The notes beneath the pieces are model-generated. The model searched no databases. It worked only from the letters and a program-made list of their open reading frames with translations, and had not been told where the DNA came from. From NCBI RefSeq assembly GCF_964355755.1, contig NC_092671.1, positions 20,708,001 through 20,772,000 of the forward strand: a stretch of 64,000 bases of DNA, given 5' to 3'. Shown here in pieces: positions 38,890 to 52,135 of this stretch (its first letter is position 1; each line of letters opens with the position of its first letter). The stretch is from Antedon mediterranea (Eukaryota; Animalia; Echinodermata). A program made the position numbers and the translations under genes.

Positions 38890-41289
38890 TAGAGCAGTTA
38901 ATGACATGAGCTGTGCATTTTATTACCAAAGCATGAAACTTGGCACAAAGTTTCTTTGATGTATATAGATTCAAAATATCGGGGGGTGCCAAGTGTCCAA
39001 CGTCCGGTATGGCGGCCATCTTGATTTTAAAATGGCCACCATAAAAACAAAAAATGTTCATATCTTGGCAACTATACACATTAGAGACTTAATTCTGGTC
39101 TCAAATTGTTCACAAACTATATATTTCTATTTGCTCTAATGAAAAGTTTCGTCCAAAAATGACCGGAAATGACGTTTCTTTCAGTTTGACCTTTGACCTC
39201 GTATTTGTATATCTCTGTAACTACTGGTCATTTTCAATCGATTTTGATGTCATTTTGTTCAGAATAAATACATTTATATTTGTAGTAATGAAACATTTTC
39301 ACATAAAATGACCGGAAATACAATTTATGACCTTTGACATTTATTTATTGATTTTTAATTATGTGAATATACTCTATGTTGTTTCTGTTGGTCTTAAATG
39401 CACCTAATTTTGAACTTTGACCTGATAGGCATAATTATTTTAAATGATTAATGGAATTAAATTGTATATAGTACATAAAATCGGTAAACATTGTGCTTGG
39501 TGGTACCATTACTTCAATGATGTTGGCACCTTCTGATTAGCTAAAAGTTTTAATAGTTTGACAGAGGAAATAACATACATGTTATGGAATACCGTAAAAC
39601 CTCGAAAAGGTGATAGTATGAGCTTCTTTTCGAGATAGACTGTATTTGAATGTCAAATAAATAGTATGATGATCGTGTTTATATCAATATATTATTAATG
39701 ACCTTACAATGAACCCTTTATATTTCAACAATCAAGCCTCAGTTATTCTACAATTTATTGTTTTCCAAGTGGTAGGCCTATTTTGATTGCATCTTCTCTT
39801 TGTATGCTTCCTCGTTTAATATGGTCCTATCCCTCCTTCTTTGTCTGTAGTTGGTCTTATACCCCATTCTTTGTCTGGGGATGGTCTTACACCCCCTTCT
39901 TTGTCTGTGGATGGTCTTATAATCCCTTCTTTGTGTGTGGATGGTCTTACACCCCCTTCTTTGTCTGTGGATGGTCTTATACCCCCTTCTTTGTCTGTGG
40001 ATGGTCTTACACCCCTTCTTTGCCTGTGGATGGTCTTACACCCCCTTCTTTGTCTGGACCCACTACTTTGATTAAATCAGAAATTGTTTCTTGTATGATT
40101 AGGAGACTCCATGTCACTAATTTGAGGATTACTTGAATAATTATATTGAGATGTCTTTTACGAATTGATTTGGTTCGGATTTTGCTAAAAAAATCAATGA
40201 CTAGAGAAAATCGAGGAAAAGGATTCAGATGAAAGGTTTACAGCAAAGGCCCATTACCATAAAAATGGAGTACATTTTTATAGATGCAACGAAAATGAAC
40301 AAGAATTATCTGAGTTTTTGACTAATGAAAGTAGGTCTACTGCACAAATGCAGGATAAGTTTGTAGTAAGTACTTTGAAAATGAGAACTTGTCAAACTTG
40401 TCTCATATGCAACATCAAAGAAGGCAACGAAAGAATGCTACTTTACATCAAAAATATTTCCAAATGGCATCTAACAATTCAATTCAACTTTTATTTAAGA
40501 CAATTGTCCATATGGTATAATACATTACAAAAAAAGAAGAAAAGATGAAGGAGAGAGGACCAAAACTTTTATCTAACGATTGACACATCACAGTTTAGCA
40601 AACAAGTCGGCATAGATGAACCATGGAGGAAGTTTTCCTCCATGGATGAACTCAGTGATTGCTTTTTCTCAGTGATCTGTCATACTTTACGCCTATCCTA
40701 TCACATCAAAGTAAAAAATTCAGAATAATTCCTAGTCATTTTTGCATTAAGTGTCATTTTTTTTCGGTAAAAAAAAGTAGGTGCATTTATACCAATGTAA
40801 ACCGCATACAGTATGTTCACATAATTATATATGTCAAAGGTTATAAATTGTATTTCGAGTCATTTTATGTGAAAATGTTTCATTACTACAAATATAAATG
40901 TCTCTATTCTGAACAAAATGACACCAAAATCGATTGAAAATTATCAGTAGTTACTGAGATATACAGATAAGAGGTCAAAGGTCAAACTGGAAGAAACGTC
41001 ATTTCCGGTCATTTTTGGACGAAACTTTTCATTAGAGCAAATAGAAATATGTGGTTTGTGAACAATTTAACACCAGAATCAAGTTTCTACTGTTTATAGT
41101 TGCCAAGATATGAACACTTTTTTTTTATGGTGGCCATTTTGAAATCAAGATGGCCGCCATACCGGACATTGGACACTTGGCACCTCCCGATATTTAGAAT
41201 CTATATACATCAAAGAAACTTTGTGGCAAGTTTCATGCTTTGGTAATAAAGTGCACAACTTGGCTATTTTTATGGCGTTAAATAGGCTA
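38890..41289. mobile_element. Academ-like non-autonomous element with ~430-bp TIRs
   Basis: TAG|TAGAGCAGTTAATGACAT ... ATGGCGTTAAATAGGCTA|TAG; arms 38912-39330 and 40855-41257 are inverted copies. Confidence 0.7.
39820..40060. repeat. 30-bp minisatellite x ~8
   Basis: TGGATGGTCTTA(C/T)ACCCCCTTCTTTGTCTG repeated. Confidence 0.95.
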
Positions 41290-41427
41290 TAGGCCTGCAG
41301 GAATAGGAATCTGTCCTAGCATAGGCCTACATTGGGACACCCAAAAAAGCCATCCTATGAGCATAAAAAGGCCTCGTAGAGCCAGACGTGTTAGCCTATA
41401 CTACACAGTACTAGGCCTAGTACGTCT

Positions 41428-42506
41428 GGGTGTCACGAAACCTAAGACCACGAAAGCTAAGACCCCCTAAGACCTAAGATCACGAAAGCTAAGACCCAAG
41501 ACCTAAGATTACAAATATTTATCTTTCGCACCTGCCTTGTTTTTTAACTCCCAACATTTATTCTGAATACCACACCTTAGAATTGGCACTTTCATGAAAA
41601 AGAATCACATAAAAAGTAACAAATAAATTTTTAAATTGATGATTTTACAGACGTTTTTCTCGCACACAAAATGACTAGCCTACAGCACACTAGAGGTAGG
41701 CCTACCCCATGTTCAATGTTTTTGTTTCTATGGAACGTCAAAAGAGCAAAAATTATATAGAGGGCTGAAAACTCTGTGGAGTCCATCTACAGTGTGGATG
41801 GAACAATGTAAAATTAAAATTGTAATGATAATAGTATAATCATGCAAGTACGAAGAAATAAATGCTGGCAAATAAATTTTAACTTAAAAATTATGATAAG
41901 TTTTTTTGTTTCGTTTTCTTTCTGTTTTTATACTTGTACTATTATTGTTGCTCTTTTGGCGCTCCATAGAAACAAAAACATTGAGCATGGGGAGCTCGAG
42001 GAGTTACATTACAGTATACAAAGAAACACGTCTTTAAAATCAGGATGGGAAAGGATTTATTTATTTGTTATTATGTGTTTCTCCTTCTGAAAGTACTTAT
42101 AAGTCCTAATTTTAAAGTGTGGTATTCAGGATAAAGTTAGTCAACAAATTTGGAGTCAAAATACAAGAAAGGCAGGTGCGTAAGAAAAACATCCTCTGAA
42201 CCAACACATTGGAGTAAATATATACCAACAAACAACCCGTCAAGTTTGTTTGTTGTAAAGAAAAAATATACATTTACTCAACGGGCGAAAATAATGTGAG
42301 TTTATCTATGTTTTGGGGTAGTATTAAATTATATTTATGGTAATAAATGAAACCTACTGTGTTTAAAATTATGTATGGATAAACAAGTATTGTTTTTAAG
42401 CTGTAGTATATCTTAGAATTTGTAATCTTAGGTCTTGGGTCTTAGCTTTCGTGATCTTAGGTCTTAGGGGGTCTTAGCTTTCGTGGTCTTAGGTTTCGTG
42501 ACACCC
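41428..42506. mobile_element. MULE-like MITE
   Basis: ~90-bp TIRs GGGTGTCACGAAACCTAAGACCACG...; 10-bp TSD TAGTACGTCT/TAGTACGGCT. Confidence 0.85.
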
Positions 42507-42638
42507 TAGTACGGCTACCATATATTATAGTATTATGGTACTACGTCGGATCACTACTAGGGGCCTGGGTTGCATGGGCGAACCATACAACATTAAGATT
42601 AAAGAGGGCGCCGTACCGGTGGTGCATCCACCCCGGAG

Positions 42639-43466
42639 ACGATTTTTTTTTTCGTACATAAGTTGGGGACCCCTCATGTAACGTCACAAAATAAACATGA
42701 ATAATTCATCAGTTACATTTTCTTGTTCTGCGTGCGATTTCATAAATAAAAGCGGCGTTTTGTGTGGATTTTGTCGAAATACTAATCAGCCTTTAGTTTA
42801 TGGTGTTTTTAATAGAATTTATTACTAAAGAATTACGTGTTAAAATTATAGTTTCTATTAATACTTTTAGGCCTAATTATTAGTCTCTATAGCCCATGTC
42901 TATTCTAGTAGTCTGTGTGTGTGACGTGACTGTGTGTGTTACGTATGACACAGTCCAAGTAATAAGTCAGCAACATTAAACAATAAATATTACACAAAAA
43001 TACATCTTTTATTCTCGTGGGTCTAATCTTTCCATATCATGTGTTCATATACGCGCATTTTTAAAGTTCCTTTGAGTACATGCATATTGTTTGATAATAA
43101 AATAGCAGAATTAAAAAATTACGAATTATAGGCCTACACATTCTTTATTCTTGTGGGTCTAAGCTTTCTTTGGGCTTTGTCCAATTACTACTTATATATA
43201 TTTGAATGTCTTGCCTAGCTGTCGATTAGCATCGACACATTTTGCATAGTGGTGTGTGTGTGAAGAAGAGTGCGTGAAGGCAATCACGTAAATTGACCTA
43301 GAATCCTAGGCATACTTTATAGAAAGAATCGTATCCGGTTGTGTAATCACTTGTTGCTATACGCTTGGGTGCACACGGAACAACAAATTTAACTGATGAA
43401 TTATTCATGTTTATTTTGTGACGTTTCATGAGGGGTCCCCAACTTATGTACAAAAAAAAAAATCGC
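42639..43466. mobile_element. MULE-like MITE inserted in Gypsy pol
   Basis: ~85-bp TIRs; 9-bp TSD ACCCCGGAG; removal restores HPPRRVP. Confidence 0.88.
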
Positions 43467-45448
43467 ACCCCGGAGAGTACCAATAAGTTTACATGATAAA
43501 TTAAGAAACAAATTAGACGAGATGGAACGTCAAGGCATAATCTCACTCACTAATCAGCCCACTGACTGGGTGAGTAGTTTAGTAGTTGTAGAAAAGAAGG
43601 ACGGTTCTCTGAGGCTATGCCTCGACCCTAAAGATTTGAACAAGGAAATTAAAAGAGAGCATCACATGATAATAGTGTCAGGGCGTAAATTGTTCACGCA
43701 CATAGATATGAAAGATGCATACTGGCAAATACCATTAACGGAGCACAGCACTGAGTTGTGCACCTTCAACACACCATTTGGGAGGTATTCATTTAACAGA
43801 TTACCCTTTGGTCTATGTAGTGCCAGTGAGGTTGTTCAAAAGAGAAACGAACAAATATTTGGAGGTGGTATTGACAATGTATTTGTAATTTCTGATGACA
43901 TGATAATCGATGACGATGAAAAGCATCATGATAGTGTGATAGCCAAAGTAAAATGTAAAATTTAATAGAAATAAGATTAAGCTTAAAGAACATGAGTTGA
44001 CATACTTAGGTCACATAATTAGTAGAGATGGTGTTAAGCCTGATAATTCTAAAGTAAAAGCAATTTATGATATGCCTACACCTTCTTGTAAGTCTGACCT
44101 GAGACGTTTAACGGGAATGATCAACTATCTGTCGCCATTTATTCCGAATATGTCTACCATCAGCGCTCCTATGAGAGAGTTATTAAAGAAGGAAGTAGCA
44201 TGGTCTTGGGAAGAACGCCACAACCAATCGCTAAAACATTTGCAGAGTTTGTTAACCTCAGAACCAGTACTTAAGTACTTTGATCCGAATAAAGAGGTAG
44301 TAATCCAATGCGACGCATCATCTTTTGGACTAGGAAGTGTTTTAATGCAAGACGGTCGCCCGATACGCTATTGTTCGCAATCACTAACGTCAGCCGAAAT
44401 GACTATTCTCAGATAGAAAAAGAAATGCTAGCTATTTGTTTTTCACTTGAAAGGTTTAACAACTATGTCTTCTACGGACGTTCAGTTACGATCCAGTCTG
44501 ATCACAAACCTCTTGAGTCAATTACAAAGAAACCAATTCACAGGGCGAGTCCCAGACTACTACAGCAGATGATGCTACGACTATTAAAATATGATATAAA
44601 TGTCACATATGTTCCAGGTCGTGAAATGTATATCGCAGACGCACTGAGCAGAGCGGTTCCGATAGAAACTGTCACGAATGATCCTGAAATTCTACAATAT
44701 CGTATACATGCCGTACATGAGCTGTTGAGTATGAGTAAAGCTAGAATAACGAAAATACAACAAGCGACTAACGAGGACGAGACACTAAAGGAACTATCGA
44801 AACAGTGCCATATTGGCTGGCCCGAGCGACGTCAGTCAGTCAGCGTAAAGATAAGACAATTTTGGCCGATGCGTGACGAAATTTATGAACACGAGGGACT
44901 AATGTTTATTGGGCAGAAATTGATAGTACCAGAAAGCAAACGAGAATTCATGCTTAACCGCATTCACGATGGTCATTTAGGAATAGAGAAATCCAAGGCC
45001 AGAGAGTTGTTGTACTGGCCCGGTATCACCAATGCTATTCATGGCATGGTATCAAGATGTACGACATGTGCGAAGTACAAACGGAAAAATCAACGCGAAC
45101 CAATGATACCTCACGAAATACCTGAAATACCCTTTTATAAAGTTGGGGCAGATATTTTCAACTTTGGAGGAAATGACCACTTAGTAGTTGTAGATTATTA
45201 TTCAAAATATCCCGAAGTCGTCACGCTACGCAACAAAACTGCCAAAGAAGTAATCGGCAGGCTAAAAACGATTTTCGCGAGACATGGCATTCCAGCAACA
45301 TTTGTAAGCGACAACATGCCTTTCGCAAGTTTTGAAGTGAAAGAGTTCACTAAATCATGGGGGATAGAACTAATCACATCGAGCCCCACCTATGCACAAA
45401 GCAATGGTCAAGCTGAACGGTGCATACAGACAGTCAAGCAATTGTTAA

Positions 45449-46042
45449 AGGTCAGGTACAGGAATGAATTTTAAATATAATATTTGGTTAATTGTACATA
45501 AATCAAATATTTGTAACAGAAATCAAGACAAAAAAACATGAATTTCCCTTAATATGGTCAAAAACAAAATTTGGCAAAATTCTTCCATAAAAACCAGGAA
45601 GACTTTTTTTCAGTAGTTAGGTTGTTAACCTAATGTAATAACATGTCTGGTGACTCCATAGCAAGTGAAAAAAGATGGTGGATATACGGTGGATAATTTT
45701 TGCTATAGCATGAAAATAAAAATTTGAAGTTGAATAAAAATACCAGAAATGTAAAATTCAAGTTATATTACCTATATTTAGTCATCTGATAACATTTTTT
45801 ACCACACCGTTTATTTTTCATAGCTTTTTAAAATGCCTCTCTATTTACAAAATGTGTGTACAAAAGAATAGAGATTTTACTGTGTAATTTGAACTATCCC
45901 CCCACTGATAAGAAAGTGCTTATTTTCAACAAGCTCGTGTAACACAAATAAAATCCCAAAAATTATGAAACATAGGGGAAACTATAGATCGATAATTATT
46001 GGAATGTATGCTCAATAGAAATTTTTTTCCCGCACCTGGCCT
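45449..46042. mobile_element. Kolobok-like MITE inserted in Gypsy integrase
   Basis: TTAA|AGGTCAGGTACAGGAA ... TTCCCGCACCTGGCCT|TTAA; integrase resumes (LALLAYRDAP) after it. Confidence 0.85.
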
Positions 46043-46772
46043 TTAACGCTGATGACTTTCACGGAGACTTTCATTTAGCTTTACTCGCCTATCGAGATGC
46101 GCCGTTGGGAGGTATCGGCAAATCTCTAGCACAGTTGCTGATGAACAGAAGGCTTAGAACACGAATTCTTATCGCACGCGAGCAACTTAAGCCTACACTG
46201 ATTCCAGACGCACATAATTCGTTGATCGTTAGACAAGACAAACAGGCAAAATATTACAATCGTGGAACGCGAACGCTACAATCACTGAAAGGAAACGAGA
46301 TAGTCCGTCTCAACAAAGGCCGAGAATGGGTCCCCGCGAAAGTGTTATCTGAACATGTTACCCCAAGATCATATATAGACGCAATCGCCGACAGTTAAAT
46401 CAATCACATGAAGAAGATATTAATGTTGAAGGGGAGGTGGATGAAACTCCTAGCGAAACTCCGCCGAGGACACCTGATCCTCAAACGGAAGAGGTAGTCA
46501 TCACCAGACCAAAGCGAAATAGGCGTGTACCCAAACGTTTCAATGATTTCATAATGGACAAATACTAATTAAAAGACTCATTGTTCATAACTTCTCTGCC
46601 AGATATCCATGTTTGATTATACCCAAATGTTTACATCATCATAGTTTAAATTGTTACATTAAGAGTTTGATATTTTGATAACGATTGCTGTTGTTGTTAA
46701 TGTTTAAGAAAAAGGGGAGATGTCACATATCTATCTATTACGATTGTTGTTAATGTTTAAGAAAAAGGGAGA

Positions 46773-46940
46773 TGTCACATATCTATCTATATCCAATATG
46801 TGTGTGTATGACGTCACAGTCAGGAGTTCCCAGCATGCTTTAGAATAAAGTTACTCTCTCTCATTGATCTCATATAGTCGTCTGTCAATTTATTTCTTGC
46901 AACTAATAATTGCAATATATACGTTTAACAACGTCACACA
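46773..46940 (+). repeat. Short 3' LTR of the Gypsy element
   Basis: Follows the PPT, begins TGTCAC, contains AATAAA (~46844), ends ...GTCACA(CA); PPT/LTR start tandemly duplicated (46721 and 46773). Confidence 0.6.
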
Positions 46941-46946
46941 TAGGAT

Positions 46947-47172
46947 GCCTAGCCTAGCTACAATATTCATTATGCCCTGCTAAAAAGGTAGATGAACTAT
47001 ACTAAACTAATTACGTAATTCGTATAATAACAATAATTGACTAGAAGGCCTAAAAGCGGCGGAAAACACCTATCCATTCTTGCATGGCAGTGCGAAAACT
47101 CTGCCTATGGTTGTACATCATTGTAAATTGTCAACAGACACTGTGCTACAGACAGTGTACCGTGTGTTAAAA
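46947..47172. repeat. Right arm of ~230-bp inverted repeat (partner 38514-38743)
   Basis: Reverse complement of 38514-38743. Confidence 0.9.
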
Positions 47173-47559
47173 GTACAGCATTTATAGCAGACAGCAACGT
47201 GTATAACTTGCTATAGTTTTACAGATAGCACCTAGGGATAGTAGCAGAATCGGGTGTCAGGTCAATAAAACAAATGTATAACTTTTATTCAATCTTCAGG
47301 ACGTAACTCGGCACCTTAACCGGAAGTAGAAGTCTTTCTCTCATAAAATCACCAACCAAACTTAACTACATCTTAAATATCCCTCCTATATATCAAATAC
47401 ATGTTCATGTCAATACAACCAATCAAGTCTGGGGGTCACTTCATCAAGCCTAGATGTCATCAAGTGTGAACGAATTTTTTCCTATTACAAACAAAAACTT
47501 TGACTGTAATAATTCAATGATTATCTGACAGTTATAATATCGGCCTAGATTGACAGTCA

Positions 47560-47860
47560 AGCGACTCGATCTTTAACATTCTCGGCGTGGTACGGCGGAA
47601 GATCAGTAGTCTCTCACTTGTACGCACACAAACCAGAAATCACATTGATACGCCCCCTTTCAGTATTTTATTCACGAAACAGGATCTCCGTAGAGATACT
47701 TTTATATATAAACACAACAGGCAAAGAACATTGTAATTCTAAACCGCCCGATGATATACTGAAATTTAATTGATTCATTTGAAACGATAAGATGAGGAAA
47801 TCTGTGAGAATGAGAAAAAGTTGCCCAACCGAGACTCGAACCCGGACCTTCTGCTTGAGT
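47560..47860 (-). mobile_element. Family A repeat copy with 3' half of the tRNA-like segment
   Basis: Matches 21865-22125 and 21421-21460. Confidence 0.8.
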
Positions 47861-49209
47861 CATGAGTCATTGTAAATACCGGCCTATACAACCAAAATAA
47901 AGTTTTAATTATTTGACATTGAATTATTATAATACAGGCCTAGGGTGACAGCAAGAACAAAGTGATTATTCATTGAACAATATTTTACAGATTACCGTCT
48001 ACATGCATCTCAATAATACTGTTTTCATAGACTCTCTTCTCCCAGACGTGCTTTGGGGTTTGTAATTTGAGCATGACCCGTCCTAGTTTACAAATTATCA
48101 AAAACGTCAGCCTCTAGAACTAGGCCTAATAGCTACCGCTTGATATAGCTTCTGAATGAGTATGTCCTCTTGCTAAAGCCAGTCACAGACTACAGTATTT
48201 CGTTTTATATTACGCAATAAATTATATTAACTTCTGTGCGTGCAGACTAACCAGGGCACCACCCGGCCCTTGGAATGCGCGTAGGCCTACTGCATGCAAT
48301 GTTATAACTATTTTTTTCATTTCAGTTGTAATTGTCGCCCGAAATGAAACAAAAGAAAAGACATACTGTTACAACGATCAACGTCAAACGCATTTTGGTC
48401 CCTGGATGTAACATGATATTGACGCGTGTATCGTACTCTTACAGCGAGCTGGGGTACGAACGATTCGTACAAAGGACATCGCCAGACAACCGCGTAGGCC
48501 TACCTATTGTGTATATATGTCATAAAAGTAAAACGTCGTGGCAACCTACAGTATGTGTGGCAACCCACCGATACGTACTCAACTGTATCAATGCCTATTT
48601 ATATTGATATATTTAATTTCCTCAACAAATTGATGTAAATAAATATTAGGCCTAAACATTAAACTTAAACGCAACGCAATCAAAACAAAATACTGAGTGA
48701 ATGAAATCGGCAACAAAATGTTATCGTCCTTTAATTAGTCACGTGTGTTTATTGGAGGGGAATCATTGTTAGCATGCTACATGAGAGTGCCTTTTTAGAG
48801 GTACCATTTATCATATATTTTATGTGCGATAGTACGATTTCAGGCCATCTGCTGGGCGTCATTTAACAAAGTTCGCTTCGTCACAGGTCCTCCTGTCGAC
48901 GGCCCTGGACGCACTTTTTTTAGCCGTGCAAACGCTGACTTGCGCGAAGCGCCGCCCTGCCCTGCCCTACTCAAAATAGGCCTATGGGGGAAATGTCACC
49001 TTTTAATATGCTAGTACCTCAGTTTTAAATTATATTTTAAATCAAAAACATAAAATTATACACAGTCGAGGCGGGAAAGTCACCAGACTATCTGGCGGAC
49101 CGGCAATAAACTAAAATAACTAGTTCTGGAGTGAATTTCAAAGTCAAACTCTTTGGGGATTTTGCGGCAATCGCCAATTTGAATCTCATTGAGTTGACAA
49201 GCATTTTTG

Positions 49210-50020
49210 TATAGCGACTCTTTAACATTCTCGGCGTAGTACCAAAGATAATAAAAGATACGCCCTCATCTTTCAGTATTTTTTTCACGAAGCGGGATCT
49301 CCGAAGAGATACTTTTATATATATATATAAACATTACAGGCACATAATATATTCTAAACCACCCGGTGAAATACTTAAATTTAATAATTAATTTGAAACG
49401 ATAAATATGAGGAAATCTGTGAAAAACCGATCTTCGAACCCGGAACCTTCTGCTTGATATGCAGATGTTCTAACCACAGAGGCATATCTATCACAGATTT
49501 TCACCCACCAAATACATTCTCTCATACAACAAACGCCCTCACAATCAGTGGAGGCCTAACTAGTTAGTATAAATTCCAACTTTAATACGCAACGATTTTT
49601 AAAATAATATTGTGTATATGTAAATCAATTGGCTTGCGTAGCACTGTGTATATTATGTATAAATCATACTGTCAAAGTATAGAAACAGTGCTCATATTCG
49701 GAACATGATCTCATAATCGCGTCGAGCATAGCTCATTGGCGAAAGTTCCGTATTTTTTAGTTGTATGAAAAAAATGTCTCTGGCGAGATTCGAACCTGCG
49801 ACCCGCTTACAGGGCGAGTATCATACCACTAGACCACAAAGTCATATTTATATGGTATTATCACAGATTTTATATACACATATATACACACGTCACATTA
49901 GGCAGAACATTAATTCTAAAACCGCCCGGTGATATACTGAAATAACCGAGATTCGAACCCGGAACCTTCCGCTTGATATGCAGATGTCCTAACCATTAGG
50001 CTACTGGGGCTTTTATGGTA
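49210..50020 (-). mobile_element. Cluster of family A fragments and a second tRNA-bearing repeat (family C)
   Basis: Family A pieces at 49210-49477 and 49900-50020 (partial tRNA-like 49944-50010); 49660-49750 recurs at 62165-62250. Confidence 0.7.
49775..49843 (-). tRNA. Degenerate tRNA-like sequence (tRNA-Pro-like body) with T7 terminator
   Basis: GACTTTG-TGGTCTAGTGGTATGATACTCGC-CCTGTAA-GCG..GGTCGCAGGTTCGAATCTCGC-CAGAGAC-A-TTTTTTT; A and B boxes present, stems imperfect. Confidence 0.45.
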
Positions 50021-51589
50021 TAGTTATTGTATATTCGTCGTCTGAAATTCGATTGTCGCACCTTTTGATTAAACGAAATATTGACGATAATACAGATAAA
50101 CTTTTCTTGACGTTTAAACGGTTGATACAAAGAAGGTTATATAAAAGTCAAGGGTATGTTTGCCTAACCTCTACTGAACTTATATAGATTGAACAAGTTA
50201 TACGGTACCGTACTGTTGCAATTACGCTAACAACTAACGGTTAAATGTTGCGTTTTTGCTTTTTAAAATGAAGCACCATTGTATGCCTATTTAATAATAT
50301 GTAGGCCTACCTATGTTATGTACGTTATTTTCTAGCTTATTTAGTAGGCCTATAGAAATTCACTATATGTAGAAGTTATACAACATAATACACAAAAGAT
50401 TTTTTTAAATACTGTAGTTAAATTATAACTCTCACACTTGACGGGTATACAATGGGCCTAAATATATAAAATCAATAGCAAATTTGTATGTATAAAATAA
50501 AATGATGGAAAACATTTCTTAATTAATGATAATTATTTGATTGCATACTTGTATTACTTAGGCCTAATCTCCTTTCACCGAAAAATAAACACCCCAAAAA
50601 TAATTTTGCTTATAAAAAGACAATATAGTGCTAAATATAACTTGTACCTGTCAGACAATGGGCTTCCGCTTCCAATTACACATTTTTTTAAATCGGTTTT
50701 ATCAGGTAATATTTTTCCCAATCCATGTTTGCTTAACGGAACTTGTGCAACCAAAATATAATAATAAACGATGTTGAAATTTCTTGGAATAGAAATAGCT
50801 TGTAGACTTAACCGATTTTTATTATTCATTTAAAACATTGACACCCAAAATAGGTACATACAATACTAGATTAAAGGATGTATTAAATTAGGATAAACCC
50901 AAAACGGAATAAAAGTTTTTCATATCAAGTGCTAGATGGAATACTCTAGAAAAACCGGTACAAAATGCCACAAATTGAAATACTTGATGTAATTTTATGT
51001 TTTACCCCTTAATGTAATTAAGGTTCATGTTTACATTTTTTTTCTCTGTTTTGTTTTTTGTTTTTAATTAGTAATGTATTAAGTTGATCACGGCCTTTTA
51101 GAAGAACACTTTTGTGGTGATATAAGATTTTTCGGTGTTAAAATAAAGTATTATTATCATAGTTATCGTTGTCGTCGTCATCGTTATTATAAATAATAAT
51201 ATTAATAATGTGATGTAATTAAATACCGCTGTAACAATATAAATAGCCCATATACAACATCTACATCCTTTTTGAAAATCAATGATAAAAATTTCAATGA
51301 AAATTTATATTGCATTTCATATTACATTATATTTATATATCATTATACATTTTATATTTACATTTTGGGATATCCTCTGTAACATATAGATTTGTATCAC
51401 TCTATATTCTGACTTGACGTGCACAACTGTATTTCCATAAGTTTATAAGAGGGTGTTTATATAGGAGAATTGATTATGTATAATTTTTCTATTTTTACTC
51501 TGTGTGATGTAATGTTTGCTTTTTTTGTATTTCAATGTATTAAAGAAAGATTGAAAATAAAAAAAAAGTTTATATGAAACTGTTTTCAT

Positions 51590-52135
51590 GACATGTCCAA
51601 CATTACTGTGGCTTAGCTTAGAGTCTCATCAATTATTATCCCTAGGCATTTACAACGTATTTCTCTAACAGTAGTATCAATATCAATATTAAAATCTACG
51701 TTGGAAATTTTCTTTTTGGATCCGATGGGCACAGAATTAGTCTTTTTAGCATTTATTGGAAGTTTGTTTTTGGTAGTCCACTCGTTGACAGCTCCTAGTG
51801 CAATATTCAAATTTCTTTTAATTTCTTTAACATTGCCAGAACTGCAGGTCAACGTTTATATAACAAATGTCATGATTTACCAAGTCAAAAACTTTGCTGA
51901 GATCTATGAAAACAGTAGGCCTACCAAATTTCTCCTCGCTCAATAGCATGAACACATTCGTTTGTAAAATCGTGTAACATCGTTTCCGTTGAGGGTAGCG
52001 GTCTGAATCCTGATTGACAGGATGAAATAAGACTATTTTCATTTATAAACGAATAATTAGCGGAGTGCACCCATCTCTCTAATATCTTTGAGATGATTAA
52101 TAAGATTGAGAAGGTCCTGTAATTATTTATCATTA
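51590..52135 (-). pseudogene. CR1/L2-group reverse transcriptase fragment, internally deleted
   Basis: NYRTFSILLIISKILER...QSGFR...STET...VFIDLSKVFDLVNHDI...NKLPINAKKT...KCLGIIIDETLS. Confidence 0.85.

Larger units (their letters stand above)
42561..46940 (+). mobile_element. Ty3/Gypsy LTR retrotransposon, 5'-truncated, decayed pol (RT-RNase H-integrase) plus 3' LTR
   Basis: PVVHPPRRVP, PTDWVSSLVVVEKKDGSLRLCLDPKDLN, RLPFGL, CDASSFGLG, SDHKPL, IADALSR, H-H-C-C zinc finger, VVVDYYSK, SDN, SNGQAER; PPT AAAAGGGGAGA then TGTCAC. Confidence 0.95.

Noticed and set aside
39783-40136. Repetitive ORFs (GWSYTPFFVC)n and a CRISPR-like periodicity
   Set aside because: 30-bp minisatellite with no unique spacers inside a transposon; eukaryotic context, no cas genes.
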